Source: Selaginella moellendorffii (Eukaryota; Plantae; Lycopodiophyta). Taken from it: DNA of 64,000 nt. The notes below the pieces were generated by a model. That model saw only the letters and a list, made by a program, of their open reading frames with translations, was not told the origin of the DNA and did no database searches. This document shows positions 50,441-61,559 of the stretch, piece by piece. The stretch's first letter is position 1; each line of letters begins with the position of its first letter. The DNA lies in contig NW_003314282.1 of assembly GCF_000143415.4 (NCBI RefSeq), positions 345,700 to 409,699 on the forward strand, in the 5' to 3' direction. The position numbers and the translations under genes were made by a program.

Positions 50441-52807
50441 CTACCAGAAGTTGTTACAGGAGCACCTTCCGTTTTCAAAGACGTGAAACCGGCTCGAATC
50501 CCTGCAGACAATCTGACGCTGCTCGAGCTTGGAAACACCCGCAATCACCGAGTGACAGTCATCGCAGAATCTCAAGCTCTTGACGACTCGTATAGCAGTT
50601 CCTGGTGCCGTGTTGACGAGTGCACAGGCAATGGCTAGCCGCTCGCTGTGTTCACACAGAGCATCTTCTTTGTCAACGTCGGAGATGTTGTGAAAGACAC
50701 TGCTCAGGTCGGCTACGTGCCCGTTCTCCTTCAACTGAAGTGCCAGAGTTCTCAGCTTCGAGTTTATTGCTTCAATCTGAGGATGGCTCTTGTCACCAAC
50801 TTTAAAGGCGTGGACGAGTCCGCGATCGTCAGTCCACCAGCTTAGTCCGGGTTTCTTGGAGGTCTGAGCAGCGGACCTGAGATGAAGAACACTGGTTTGC
50901 TCGTCCCACATTCCCAGGCTGCCATACAGATTCGACATCAAGAGGTACGTTGAATCCTGCTTGGGGTCTAACTTCACCAGGTTCTCAAAGGCAACTCTTC
51001 CCAACTTGGCGTTCTTCCACTTTCGACAAGCACCCAGGACGGTCTTCCACGTTACTACGGTGGGTTTGAAAGGCATGACAGTGGTCACCATTTCCAGAGC
51101 TTCATCCAGATGGTTGGCTCTGCCTAGAAGATCAACCATGCAGTGGTAGTGCTCGATCTCGGGGGCTATGGCGTGACGGGTTACCATCTCTTCGAAGTAA
51201 CGGCGCCCGTGTTCAACGAGACCGGTATGGCTGCACGCAGTGAGAACGGAGAGGAAAGTGATGCCATTCACGCCGACGCCAGCGTCTTTCATGGCCTGGA
51301 AGAGATCGAAGACGCGCTGAGCATCACCCTGGCGACTGTAGCCGGCTATGAGGGAGCTCCAAGAGACCAAGCTACGCCTAGAGCTTCCCATGGCGTGGAA
51401 GACTTTCTCGGCTTGAGCCAGGCAGCCACACTTGCCGTAGAAGTCGATCAGCGAGTTTGCCACGAAGCAATCGTTCTGGAAGCCGTGGCTGGAGAGTTCT
51501 TGCTGGATTCGTTTCCCAGTCTCAAGATCAGCCAGGCTCGAGCAGGCAGTGAGTGCTGCAACGAAAGTCCGAGCGTCTGGAGAGCAGCCATGGCTCCTCA
51601 TGCAAGAGAAGAGCTGGAGACATAGCTCGGGTTCGTCATTCTCGGCGTAGCCAGTGAGGAGAGACGTCCAGCAAATCACGTCGTGGCGAGGCATGCTATC
51701 GAAGACTGCCCGAGCTTCGATCATGCTTCCACACTTGGCATACGCATCGATCAGAGAGCTGCTGATGAAGATGTTGGAGGCGTAGCCGCGAGCAAGAGCG
51801 TCGGAATGGATGGATCGAGTTTTCTCCAGGCCGAGAAGTTTGGTGGAGTCAGTGGCGCGCTCTTCTTTCTCGGCAGCGAGCGAGCAGGCCTTGAGAGCTG
51901 CGACGAGGCAGTGAGCGTCGGCTTGACAGGTATTTTGGATCTTCATTCTCTCGAAAAGTTCTAACGCCGTGGCTCCATCGCCAACGTCTACGTATCCCAG
52001 GATGAGTGACGTCCAGGACACCACTGTGGGACGAGCTATGGAATGGAAGACTCGCTGCGCTCGATCCAAGCTCCCACACTTGGCGTAGAGATCCACCAGT
52101 GTGTTTGCGACGAAGACGTCCGAGTCGCAGCCGCTGGAACGAGCTAGCGAATGGATCTTCACCGCTCTCTCGAGGTGGTGGTGGAGTTCTCCAGTGCTCT
52201 TTCGAAGGTGGCTAGAATCCAGCACTGTTCTTGGCGAGAAATCTCCTGCTTGGACAGTCTCTCCAATATCAAGATGGATAGTTCCTTCGATTGTTCTCTC
52301 CGGATCTAGCACTGTTCTTCGCGCAAGGTGATTCTCAGTTCCTTGGAAGTTTTCTCCACCCGGAAGAGCTCTGGCTATGGCGAGGCTCACACAGGCCTTG
52401 AGAGCCGCGAGGAAGGTCCTGGCATTTGGGCGGCAGCTCGAGCGTAGCATTCGATCGAAGAGCTCCAGCGCCAAATCGCCGTGGCCATTCTCCACGAATC
52501 CCAGCATGAGAGCCGTCCAGGCGACGACGCTGTCCTCGCGCATCGCCGCGAAGACCGATTGGGCATCGCTCATACTCCCGCATTTGGCGTACATGTCGAC
52601 GAGCTTGGATGCGATGAAGACGTCGCTGGCGCGATCGGTCTCGGCAGCATTGGCGTGGATCCTCTTGCCCAGCTCCAAATCCCTGGCGCTGCTACACGCC
52701 TTGAGAGCGGTGAGAAGCAGGGGTATGGTGATGATCGAGCTCGACGATTCTTTGATGCTGCAGCGATGCGCTGCCGCTGTAGATCGCGGGAAGCATCGAC
52801 AGAGCAT
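50441..52807 (-). CDS. PLS-class PPR protein with E/E+/DYW cytidine-deaminase domain (RNA editing factor)
   Basis: PLS repeats; KKPGLSW PG-box, HSERLA, CDDCH, HVFENGRCSCNNFW; likely start MLCRCF at 52807. Confidence 0.93.
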   Translation of the reverse strand: MLCRCFPRSTAAAHRCSIKESSSSIITIPLLLTALKACSSARDLELGKRIHANAAETDRASDVFIASKLVDMYAKCGSMSDAQSVFAAMREDSVVAWTALMLGFVENGHGDLALELFDRMLRSSCRPNARTFLAALKACVSLAIARALPGGENFQGTENHLARRTVLDPERTIEGTIHLDIGETVQAGDFSPRTVLDSSHLRKSTGELHHHLERAVKIHSLARSSGCDSDVFVANTLVDLYAKCGSLDRAQRVFHSIARPTVVSWTSLILGYVDVGDGATALELFERMKIQNTCQADAHCLVAALKACSLAAEKEERATDSTKLLGLEKTRSIHSDALARGYASNIFISSSLIDAYAKCGSMIEARAVFDSMPRHDVICWTSLLTGYAENDEPELCLQLFSCMRSHGCSPDARTFVAALTACSSLADLETGKRIQQELSSHGFQNDCFVANSLIDFYGKCGCLAQAEKVFHAMGSSRRSLVSWSSLIAGYSRQGDAQRVFDLFQAMKDAGVGVNGITFLSVLTACSHTGLVEHGRRYFEEMVTRHAIAPEIEHYHCMVDLLGRANHLDEALEMVTTVMPFKPTVVTWKTVLGACRKWKNAKLGRVAFENLVKLDPKQDSTYLLMSNLYGSLGMWDEQTSVLHLRSAAQTSKKPGLSWWTDDRGLVHAFKVGDKSHPQIEAINSKLRTLALQLKENGHVADLSSVFHNISDVDKEDALCEHSERLAIACALVNTAPGTAIRVVKSLRFCDDCHSVIAGVSKLEQRQIVCRDSSRFHVFENGRCSCNNFW

Positions 52808-52893
52808 TGATCGCAAGAAATTTAGGGTTCTTGGGCCGCATTTTAGGGTTCTTGGCGAGGAGGATGAATGGCGGCAAGAATGCGTGACCACCA

Positions 52894-55497
52894 ATGCGCG
52901 CGGATGGAGCTGCAAAGCATTGCATAGATTGCTGTAGCAGGAGAAGGAAGAATCGCAGCTCCTCCACCTGGAGGACGCTCGATCGGGTCAGTATTTCGGA
53001 GACTTCGTCGCGCGTCACCGATATTTCGTCGCGCGGTGCCATCGATCAGGCATTCGTGTGGATCCTGCTCGACGCACTCAAGGCCTGCATTGCCTCCAAG
53101 AATCTCGACGCAGGGAAGAGGATCCATGCCGATTCCGTGGAATCGGGAGCGTTCTTCTCTGGCGCGCACGTCCCCAATGCAATCCTCGGGATGTATTCCA
53201 GGTGTGGATCGCTGCCCGACGCTAGAGCAGTGTTTGAGACGATCGCATCGCCGGGCTTGGCCTCGTGGACGGCGCTCATGTCTGGGTATGCCAACAACGA
53301 TCAAGGCGAGGAGGCTCTCGGCATCTTTGCTCGAATGGAGGAACAGGGATTGGAGGCCGATGCTAAAGCCTACGTCGCGGCGCTCATCGCCTGTGGAAGC
53401 TTGGCCGCGAAAGAGACTCCACAGATGGTTGCGGGTGAGAGGAGTTTTAGCGTCAAGCTTGGATCACTGGAGAGAGGGATGGATCTCCACTCTCGAGCGA
53501 TGAAAAGCGGCTGTTACTCCGACAAGTTCGTGGCTGGCACGCTCGTGGATATGTACTGCAAGTGTGGGAGCTTGCTCGATGCTCGCAGAGTTTTCGACCA
53601 GATGGTGGCGAGGGACGTGGTTGTGTGGAACAGCTTGATCCTGGGCTATGCCGAGAATGGAGAGGAGGAGCTAGCTCTGGAAGTTTTCTGCCGAATGGAC
53701 TGCCCGAGCCCGCGGACTTTCCTGGCGGCCGTGATCGCGTGTGGGAACCTGGCCGCCAGAGAAGAGAGCAAGGTGGTGGACGGGAAGCTTGTCAAGGTCC
53801 GGAGCTTGGAGAAAGGATTGCTCGTCCACTCTCAGGCCGAGAGAAGCAGCGGTGGAGTGGATATCTTTATTGCTAGCGGCTTGGTCGGGATGTACTCCAA
53901 GTGCGGCAGCATGATGAATGCCGGGCTGGTGTTTGAGAAGATCGTCCGCAAGGATCTGGTGCTGTGGAACTCTCTCATTCTCGGCTACATCGACAACTGG
54001 GAGTTCGACCTCGCTCTTAAGTCCTTTGAGCGGATGCAAGCGGAGGCCTGCGCACCGAATTGCCGGACTTTCGTGGCTGCTCTCATGGCCTATGGAGGAC
54101 TCGCTGCTCGAGAAGATTACGGCAGCGAGCCAAGGAAGCAGGCCTTGAAGGCGGAGCTTCTGCGGAAAGTCGAGGCCATTCACGCGCAAGCTGCCAGATC
54201 CGGGTGTGAGTTCGACGTCTTCGTGGCGAGCACGTTGGTGGACTCGTATGCAAAGTGTGGGAGCCTGGAGAAATCTCGGGAGGTGTTCGAGAGGATGCCG
54301 CTCCATGATCTGGTGACTTGGAACTCGCTCATCATGGGACACGCCGATAACGGTGAAGGCGTGCTCGCTCTCGAGTGGTTCCAACGCATGAGGTCTCAGG
54401 GCTGTGTTCCAGACTCTCGGGCCTTCTTGGGAGCGCTGAAAGGTTGCATCGACATAGCCACCAACTCGAAAGAAGCCGAAGTGGAAGTTGACGAGAACAA
54501 GTTCGTGAAGCCTGGCTGCTTGGACAAAGCAATGGCAGTTCACTCTCAGGCGATCGAGTTTGGCTGCGAATCCGACATCTTTGTGGCCAGCGCTCTTGCC
54601 GACCTCTATGTGAAATGCGGGAGCTTGTTGGACGCCCGGGTCGTCTTCGACAGGATCCCGTCCCACAACGCGGTGCTGTGGACGACTCTTTTGATGGGAT
54701 ACGCCGAGAAGGACGAGCCCGAGCTGGCTCTGGAGCTCTACTGGAGGATGGAACCCGAGAGCCGTGCCGCCAACACGCGGATCTTCGTTGCTGGCCTCAC
54801 AGCATCCAGCGGGCTGGCAGCGATTGAGATTGGTCGGAAGATCCATGCGGAGGCGTGCCAGAATGGAGGCGAGAAGGACCAGTTCGTGGCGAACAGCCTG
54901 CTCGACATGTACTGCAAGTGTGGGAGCTTGGCCGCGGCGGAGCACGTCTTTGACTCGATGAGCTCGAGAAACGTTGTAACTTGGAGCACGGTCATCGCTG
55001 GCTATAGCCGGGAGGGCGAGACGGAGCTGGTGTTTGAGCTCTTCCAGGCCATGATCGATGGAGGGATCGGTCTCAACGGGATCACTTGCCTCTCGGTTCT
55101 CTCAGCCTGCGGTCACGCTGGCCTAGTCGATCGAGGCACCAAGTTCTTCCGCGAAATGTCCTCGAAGTTTGGAGTGACTCCGAGCTTGGAGCACTACCAC
55201 TGCCTGATCGATCTGCTGGGCCGGGCCAACCGAGTAGAGGAGGCTCTGGAGCTGGCGAGCAGCATGCCTACGAGAGCAAGCTCTTTGACGTGGAAGACTG
55301 TTCTTGGCGGATGCTGGAAGTGGAAGAACGCCAAGGTTGCCGAGGTTGCGTTTGAGAAGCTCTTGGAATTCGATGACAAGCAGGCGAGTGCGTATATCTT
55401 GATGGCAAACATCTATCGGAGTGTAGGGATGGAGAAGGAAGAGCTTAGAGTAGTGAGAATGGGAAAGAACGAGTGTAATGGTATTGACTTCTCTTAA
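52894..55497 (+). CDS. PLS-class PPR protein with E domain, 867 aa
   Basis: Repeated DxFVAxxLVDMYxKCGSLxDARxVF; HYHCLIDLLGRA...WKTVLGGC; intronless. Confidence 0.93.
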   Translation: MRADGAAKHCIDCCSRRRKNRSSSTWRTLDRVSISETSSRVTDISSRGAIDQAFVWILLDALKACIASKNLDAGKRIHADSVESGAFFSGAHVPNAILGMYSRCGSLPDARAVFETIASPGLASWTALMSGYANNDQGEEALGIFARMEEQGLEADAKAYVAALIACGSLAAKETPQMVAGERSFSVKLGSLERGMDLHSRAMKSGCYSDKFVAGTLVDMYCKCGSLLDARRVFDQMVARDVVVWNSLILGYAENGEEELALEVFCRMDCPSPRTFLAAVIACGNLAAREESKVVDGKLVKVRSLEKGLLVHSQAERSSGGVDIFIASGLVGMYSKCGSMMNAGLVFEKIVRKDLVLWNSLILGYIDNWEFDLALKSFERMQAEACAPNCRTFVAALMAYGGLAAREDYGSEPRKQALKAELLRKVEAIHAQAARSGCEFDVFVASTLVDSYAKCGSLEKSREVFERMPLHDLVTWNSLIMGHADNGEGVLALEWFQRMRSQGCVPDSRAFLGALKGCIDIATNSKEAEVEVDENKFVKPGCLDKAMAVHSQAIEFGCESDIFVASALADLYVKCGSLLDARVVFDRIPSHNAVLWTTLLMGYAEKDEPELALELYWRMEPESRAANTRIFVAGLTASSGLAAIEIGRKIHAEACQNGGEKDQFVANSLLDMYCKCGSLAAAEHVFDSMSSRNVVTWSTVIAGYSREGETELVFELFQAMIDGGIGLNGITCLSVLSACGHAGLVDRGTKFFREMSSKFGVTPSLEHYHCLIDLLGRANRVEEALELASSMPTRASSLTWKTVLGGCWKWKNAKVAEVAFEKLLEFDDKQASAYILMANIYRSVGMEKEELRVVRMGKNECNGIDFS

Positions 55498-55709
55498 ATC
55501 ACACACTATTTCCTCTAATATTTTTTTCAAACTCCAAAGCTTTTGGCTTTATAAAATAACCCTTTGCCATTTTCAACTAACCATAGATTTATTGGTTCAA
55601 GACATTTGAATCTGAGTTTCCTAGCGTCTCATAAAAAGACATTTAAATCTGAGTTTTCTATCTAGGGAATTCAGAGAGAATTAACAACTCTGAGGTTTTC
55701 TGAAGAGCC

Positions 55710-56526
55710 TCAACTTTGAGGTTTTCTGAGGCTCTTCAGATTTTTTGGTAAAGTATTCCCTGTAGCCTCGGCAAACTCCCTCAAAGCTTCAATGGCCTTC
55801 TCTTGGCGCACAGCAAGCCGCTCGTCCATATCCATTTCTCCCAACCTATCGCAGCTACCATATAGCATTTCGAGTGGAGACTGCAACATGTAGAAATAAA
55901 TCAGCATCCCGTGGACAATTGCAGCGATCGATCCCACAAGTAGAAGGGCTTGTCTATGCCATCCCAACGGTGGAGCAACGGTCCCCAAAACACAGGCAGC
56001 CATGTAACTCAAACCCCTCGTCATGTACACCACCATGAACTTGAACAATCCGGGCCCGTCGTACCAACTGTCAGGAGCTGGTTGTAATACCGGAGTGAAA
56101 AGTCCACAGCATGATATCGCCAGCAGCGGAAGCATCACCCATTGATTTGTGCTCATTATGGAACACACACCACTGAGAAAACCGCTGGTGCCTCCAACAA
56201 GAAAACCATATGCATTGCTTTTCTTTCGACCCAAAAGGGCAACGAAAAATACTGCATGGACGCACTTGTCAGTCAGTCTCGAGAGAGAAAGCAGTGAAAC
56301 ACTTACATGCTACGAAGACGGGAACCAAAGCAGAAGCTCCGCTTCCTTCGGGGAACTCAGGGGGCCAAAATATGGCACCCATATAGAACGCATATATACT
56401 GAAGCAATGACTAACAAGATTCATCAAGAACTGGCGCCGTATAATCCAGTGCCCACTGAGGTTCCAACTCTCGTAGATATCAGCAAGATCATACTCACCA
56501 TTTGGGCTCAACAATCCCTGCTCCAT
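55710..56526 (-). CDS. Half-size MFS (SLC22/OCT N-half-like) membrane protein, 253 aa, 2 exons
   Basis: Exons 56526-56307 and 56251-55710 splice in frame (762 nt); family motifs intact. Confidence 0.78.
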
Positions 56527-56979
56527 AGGGTAATCCTCTTTCCCCAAATATATCCTTGACAGTAGCTCATCCGACGGCTATTAGAAAAGGTCTTAGCTGA
56601 TGTGTGAGACTGATTTGGCTGCCATTTGGCACCCATATCAGCCCTAAACTGCCACGACGATTACACATAGTTTGTGGAAAACGAAAGAAAGAGGAAAGAG
56701 CAGAATCCCAATCGTGCTCCAGGACGCGCGTCGACTTCCCTGTGGGGCTTCATCGCCGCGCAACCTGCGATTGAGCCATCAACCAAGGACAAATGTGGGA
56801 CGAATAAGCGTAATGCCATGCACATCAACGCCAGAATCCTTTGGCTCGTGCTCTCGTGGCCCCGCGAGTTTTATATTTTAAAAAACGCGCGGGATTAGAT
56901 TTTTAAAATAGGTTACTGATGAAATATCTTTGACTTGGTTTTTTATTTCTGGCAAGAGAACTCAGGAACTACAAGCCGA

Positions 56980-57790
56980 TTACAGAAGCGGACAGCACTC
57001 AGTTTTCCTGAGGCTCTTCAAATTTTCTGGGAGAGTCTTCCCTGCGGCCTCCGCAAACCCCCTCAAAGCTTCAATGGCCATCTCTTGTCGAACAGCAAGC
57101 CGCTGGTCTATATCCATTCCTCTTAAACCCTCGCAACCACCTAGAATTTCCAGTGGGGACTGCAACATGTAGAAATGAAACAGCATCGCATAGACAATAG
57201 CTGCGGTCGATCCCACAAGTGCAACAGCTTGAACTTGCCATCCGACCGGTGGAGCAACGATGGCAGCCACAATACAGGCCAGGTTAGCCATTTGCCTCAT
57301 TATGAGGACAACCATGAAGATAACCAAACTGCGGCCGTCATTCCAAGCTTCAGGCGAAAGTATTGCTGCTGGAGTGCAAAGTCCACAGAATAATATCACC
57401 ACCGGCAGAAGCACCACCCACTGATTCGTGATCATTGCGGAAAGAACACCGCTGATGCCCCCAACAAGAAAACCGTATGTCAAAGCTTTCTTTCGACCAA
57501 AGCGAACGAGCATACTTACTGCATGGAGCTCTTGTTAGTCTTTAAAAAGGGAAGAAAGAAAACTGACCTGATAACAACATGGCCGGAAAGCAACCTACTG
57601 GAGCTAACTGAGGGGATAGCTGAGCGGGCCAATGTATGGTAGCCATATAAAACCCATATGCAGTGAAGCCATGACAGACAAGGTTCATCAAGAACTGGCG
57701 CCACATAATCCAGTGGCAACCAAGGTTCCAGCCCTTGTAGATATCAGCAAGATCATACTCACCATTTGGGCTCAGCAATCCCTGCTCCAT
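56980..57790 (-). CDS. Half-size MFS (SLC22/OCT N-half-like) membrane protein, 253 aa, 2 exons
   Basis: Exons 57790-57568 and 57518-56980 splice in frame (762 nt); tandem paralog of 55710-56526. Confidence 0.78.
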
Positions 57791-58159
57791 AGGGTAACCT
57801 AGCAATTCCTAGAGAAAGCAGCCCTTTTCTAGTATCTTTGACCGTTGGGTGGCACCTTATCCGATATTTCCAGCTCTGAGGTATAAAAATAAAACCTTTT
57901 CTTGTATTCTCAGCGTGAACTACGGCACCGATGGCGCTACGAAACTCCAATATCTTACCACCCGCTTTACTCCTTAACTAAGGATCTAAGTCCCAGCCGG
58001 GTTTTGGATCAATCAGCTACTCCAAATTCTCGGGGTAAATCAGGCACTGGAGGAGCGACCAAAGTCCAAATAGTATTGCGTTAGAGCCAGTGCCCCAATC
58101 CGGTAGAGAGACAACAGCCCTAAAAATAGCGCAGCCTTGAACCGAAACAAGCGTCCCTG

Positions 58160-58360
58160 TTTTTCTCTCCATGCCTGTGCTTGTCCGGAAGATTTGACAG
58201 AAGGAAAGCTGATCCACGCCCGTGAGGAATGCTCTTGTAGACATGTATGGAAAATGCGGCTGTCTAGAGAAAACTCGCGAACTGTTTGAATCTGAAACAG
58301 TGGAGAGGAACTTAGTCAGTTGGAGCGTCATGGTTGCGGCTTACGCACGTGATATCCATG
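58160..58360 (+). pseudogene. PPR gene fragment
   Basis: NALVDMYGKCGCLEKTRELFE..RNLVSWSVMVAAYAR. Confidence 0.75.
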
Positions 58361-59609
58361 CTGCCACTCCACGCCACCAAGAGGAATCGCAGTTTAGGGT
58401 TTGGCACAGGTGCGGGCTGATGTGGCGTTGAGACTGCTGAGGTGGCGGCCGTAGCTGCCACGCGGATATGCCACAATTGTCCTATAAATAGTTTGTGGCG
58501 GAGCAGCCCGGTAGAAACTATAAACTTTTCCAACGAGAAGATGATAACAAATTGGAGTAAAAATATATACCAATGCATTTTATATTTCCAACAATGTATA
58601 GTTTCTTTGGTTTGTTACATTGTTTTAGCAAATGGATATGATTTGTTATTTAAATATAAATTTAAAATGTCCATAATTTATGCCTTGACAAAAGTACTTG
58701 GAATCCAAAGCATCTAGGTTTTAGATATTTATTACTTTTATTGTCTATGAAGATGCCTTGCAAGTATTACTAAGGGAAAGGTGCATCAGATCCACCAGCA
58801 AGCATCACGTCCTGTGCAGAAAGGCTTTCTGCTCTTTCTTGTCTATAGAACCGATGCAAATTATGTGGTCTAGGAAGTCTTACGAGTTGAAGGATCTCGT
58901 CAAGGAAAGAGCAATGAGCGCATTCACGAGCTCGTGGATCGGAGTTCCTGGCGTCGGCCTTGCACTCTCTTCTTGGCTTGTGGAGTTTCAAAAGAGGAGT
59001 CGAGGAGAAGCTTAAGACCCATAGGGATCTTCTCGCTATAGGCCTGAATTCTCTTCGTTCTAACTGGAGTTCTCGTTCAGGTTCTTCCTTGGTACCTAGA
59101 GCGGCCTCCGTCAGGTTTTCGCCCATGTACTTTCAGGTATATGATTGGATACGACAATGAATGTTGTTTCGCAAGGGATCCTGATACTGCGTTCTTCAGG
59201 AGGTTGGAACTTGGAAGGCAGCCTGTTTCACACGTTTTTTTTTCTTTGGTTTCATGAAATGCTCGTGCACACAGTTACACCATCGAGCAAAGAACGCAGT
59301 GCAAATTGAGGACCATGTAATGGCAAAAGGAAGGAAGGTATACGTGATTTTGAAGCTCAGTACCACGACGTAGTTCTGTGAGTTCTTGTCACATTCCTTT
59401 TGGGAGATCATGGAAACAAAACGCAGCAATTCTATTCAAAGCCCGCATTTTTTGAAGAACCGGAACAAGATCCCGGAGCTCCAGGAATCGCAGGTTCATT
59501 GTCTCCGCTTCTCTGGGCTTCACCAGTGATCAGTAGGAAAACTTCATTGGTTTTTCGTCCAGAAAGAGATCTCTCTTTTCTCTGTGGCTTTGTTTAAGAA
59601 CGGATGCTC

Positions 59610-59745
59610 GCGCTAACTCCAGCAATCCTATGTGGCAGAAGGCCAGGGCAATTGAATCCACGAAACCCGGGACCTCGTTCGATCGGATGCACGAGAGCGA
59701 CATCATCAGCTGGAATTCCATCGTTACAGGCTATCCCTGGTGGGG
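59610..59745 (+). pseudogene. PPR gene fragment
   Basis: FDRMHESDIISWNSIVTGY. Confidence 0.6.
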
Positions 59746-59989
59746 AAGTGGCACGGTCTCTTTCACAAGGTGGCGGAGAAGAACACGAATGCGCCACGGA
59801 TGCCGACGCTTGCTGGTGAGATCAGTGCCTGCTGCTTGGCAATCTCTGCGACTACCTAGAACGCAATCTAACGTGGTGATAGAACAATTTTATTTCGCGA
59901 ACCCCACGTCGAGCAGAGTAAAAAAAAACAAAACTCAGCGAGCGAGCGAACTCTACAACAATGTTTGTAGAGTAAAAACTAGAAAGGCC

Positions 59990-60854
59990 TCAAACTAGCA
60001 TCAGGCAGGTAAGAATTGCTGCACAGCCCGCGGCAAACATGGTGGACATCTGAAAAACCAACCAAAGTTTTAATCCAGAACGAAGAAGATTAGAAACTTA
60101 CTAGGATGGCCTTGTTGTCATCGAGGGTCGCAAACCAAGCCCATGCCACGTTACAAGCCAGAGATACGAGTGGCACCACCCAGCTCCAACGGGCACTGCT
60201 GTGAGGGAGGGTCGCCACTCGAACAGCAAGGGGAGCAAGAATCGAGGCTGCTGTGGTCGCAGGCAGAACTCCTCCCCGTCGTAGAAGTTGCGCAACAGGT
60301 ACACTAGACAGTAGTGACTGATCCCAAGCACCGGGGGCCAGAAGAGGGGCTTCCATGTAGCCTTCCATGCATATGCAGCATAGAAAACTCCCGTGATGAA
60401 CCCCAGAAGATTCACCACCTCGACCACACGATCGTTGTGCTCACGGCCGAAAATATACCAAGATATCGAATTTATCTCTGGAGAGAAAAAAAAAAACGTT
60501 GCAAACTGGAATGAAAATGAAAAAAAGAAAACGCACCGGAGAGGCCGAAGAAAACACTCGACTGAATCCCCGTCTCAAGGAATGGAAGGGGAATCAGGAA
60601 GAGGACGACAGTGATCGAGACAGCTGCACGCTAAACAAAGAAACACACACTTGTTCCAGGACAGGCAAGCATTGGTTTCTTACTCGGATGTTCTTCTTCG
60701 GCACCGCGCCCAGGATCTTGCTTATTGCGCCTCCGGCAGTCCCTGGTGCTGCGCCCAGGAGAGTGTCGCTCGCCGCTTCACCACCAGCGCCATGATCGGC
60801 CGCCGTCACGGGGAGCGCATCGCCGCCGCCCGCCATTCCGCCGGACCCCGACAT
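59990..60854 (-). pseudogene. Second divergent SWEET-like gene, frameshifted
   Basis: AVSITVVLFLIPL..VFFGLS|, VNLLG, LFWPPV, ILAPL, SLACNVAWAWF parallel to 19731-20963 with matching intron positions. Confidence 0.45.
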
Positions 60855-61559
60855 TGCTTGTAACTAGGGTTTTTCTACCTGATTTTCTTTTCATTCGACC
60901 GCCCGAATCGCGCAAAGAGGTAATGTTCATTCCAGTCTCCAGTTCTTACAAAGGGAATCGCGCAGTGAGTGCTTCGTTCAAGCGAGCAGCTCAAAAAGCG
61001 CCTTCCACTGTCAGCATTTTTCCAAGCTCCAGGATCCAGGCGAAGCAAAGGATCCAGAAGACTAGCGAAGTGCAGTGCGCAGGGAAGAAGACGACGAGAG
61101 ATGTGTATCTTTGGCTGTTTTATATTGTTTCACTCGTGTTGGGAAACTTGAAGAGACAAGGGTGAGCATAAATATTCTGGACAGCATTTGTAGCTTCACT
61201 GTCGCTGCAGGCGAAGGAGGGAACCAGACTGTGACGGGAGAATTGGAGCCTCTGTCTGTCTGTCGACTGGGAGATAAGCATCAACATCAAGGCTGAAAGG
61301 ATAACCGTACGCACGGATGAGGTGTGCTTGACATGAACACGCGCCTGATTTACGTAAGAGTTCTTTCTTCTGATTCTACGCTGTTGTGCTCTCAAGTGCT
61401 GGAAAATTGGAGTTCCTGACCCTTCGTCTCACGGATGGATTGACCAGGAGAACGTGCTGAAGTCTCATCCAGATTGAGTGAGAAATCGTTCCAGACAGAT
61501 GGAAACATGAAGTATACAAAAAAGATGGATCTATAAAACCGGAGGAAGCTGTGTTTCTA

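Noticed and set aside
53671-54945. Long antisense ORFs (424 aa here; also 14248-15144 and 23886-25010)
   Set aside because: Shadow frames of GC-rich coding sequence with no recognisable motifs
58740-59600. Possible gene in moderately GC-rich DNA
   Set aside because: All frames are interrupted and no motif was recognised; no call can be supported
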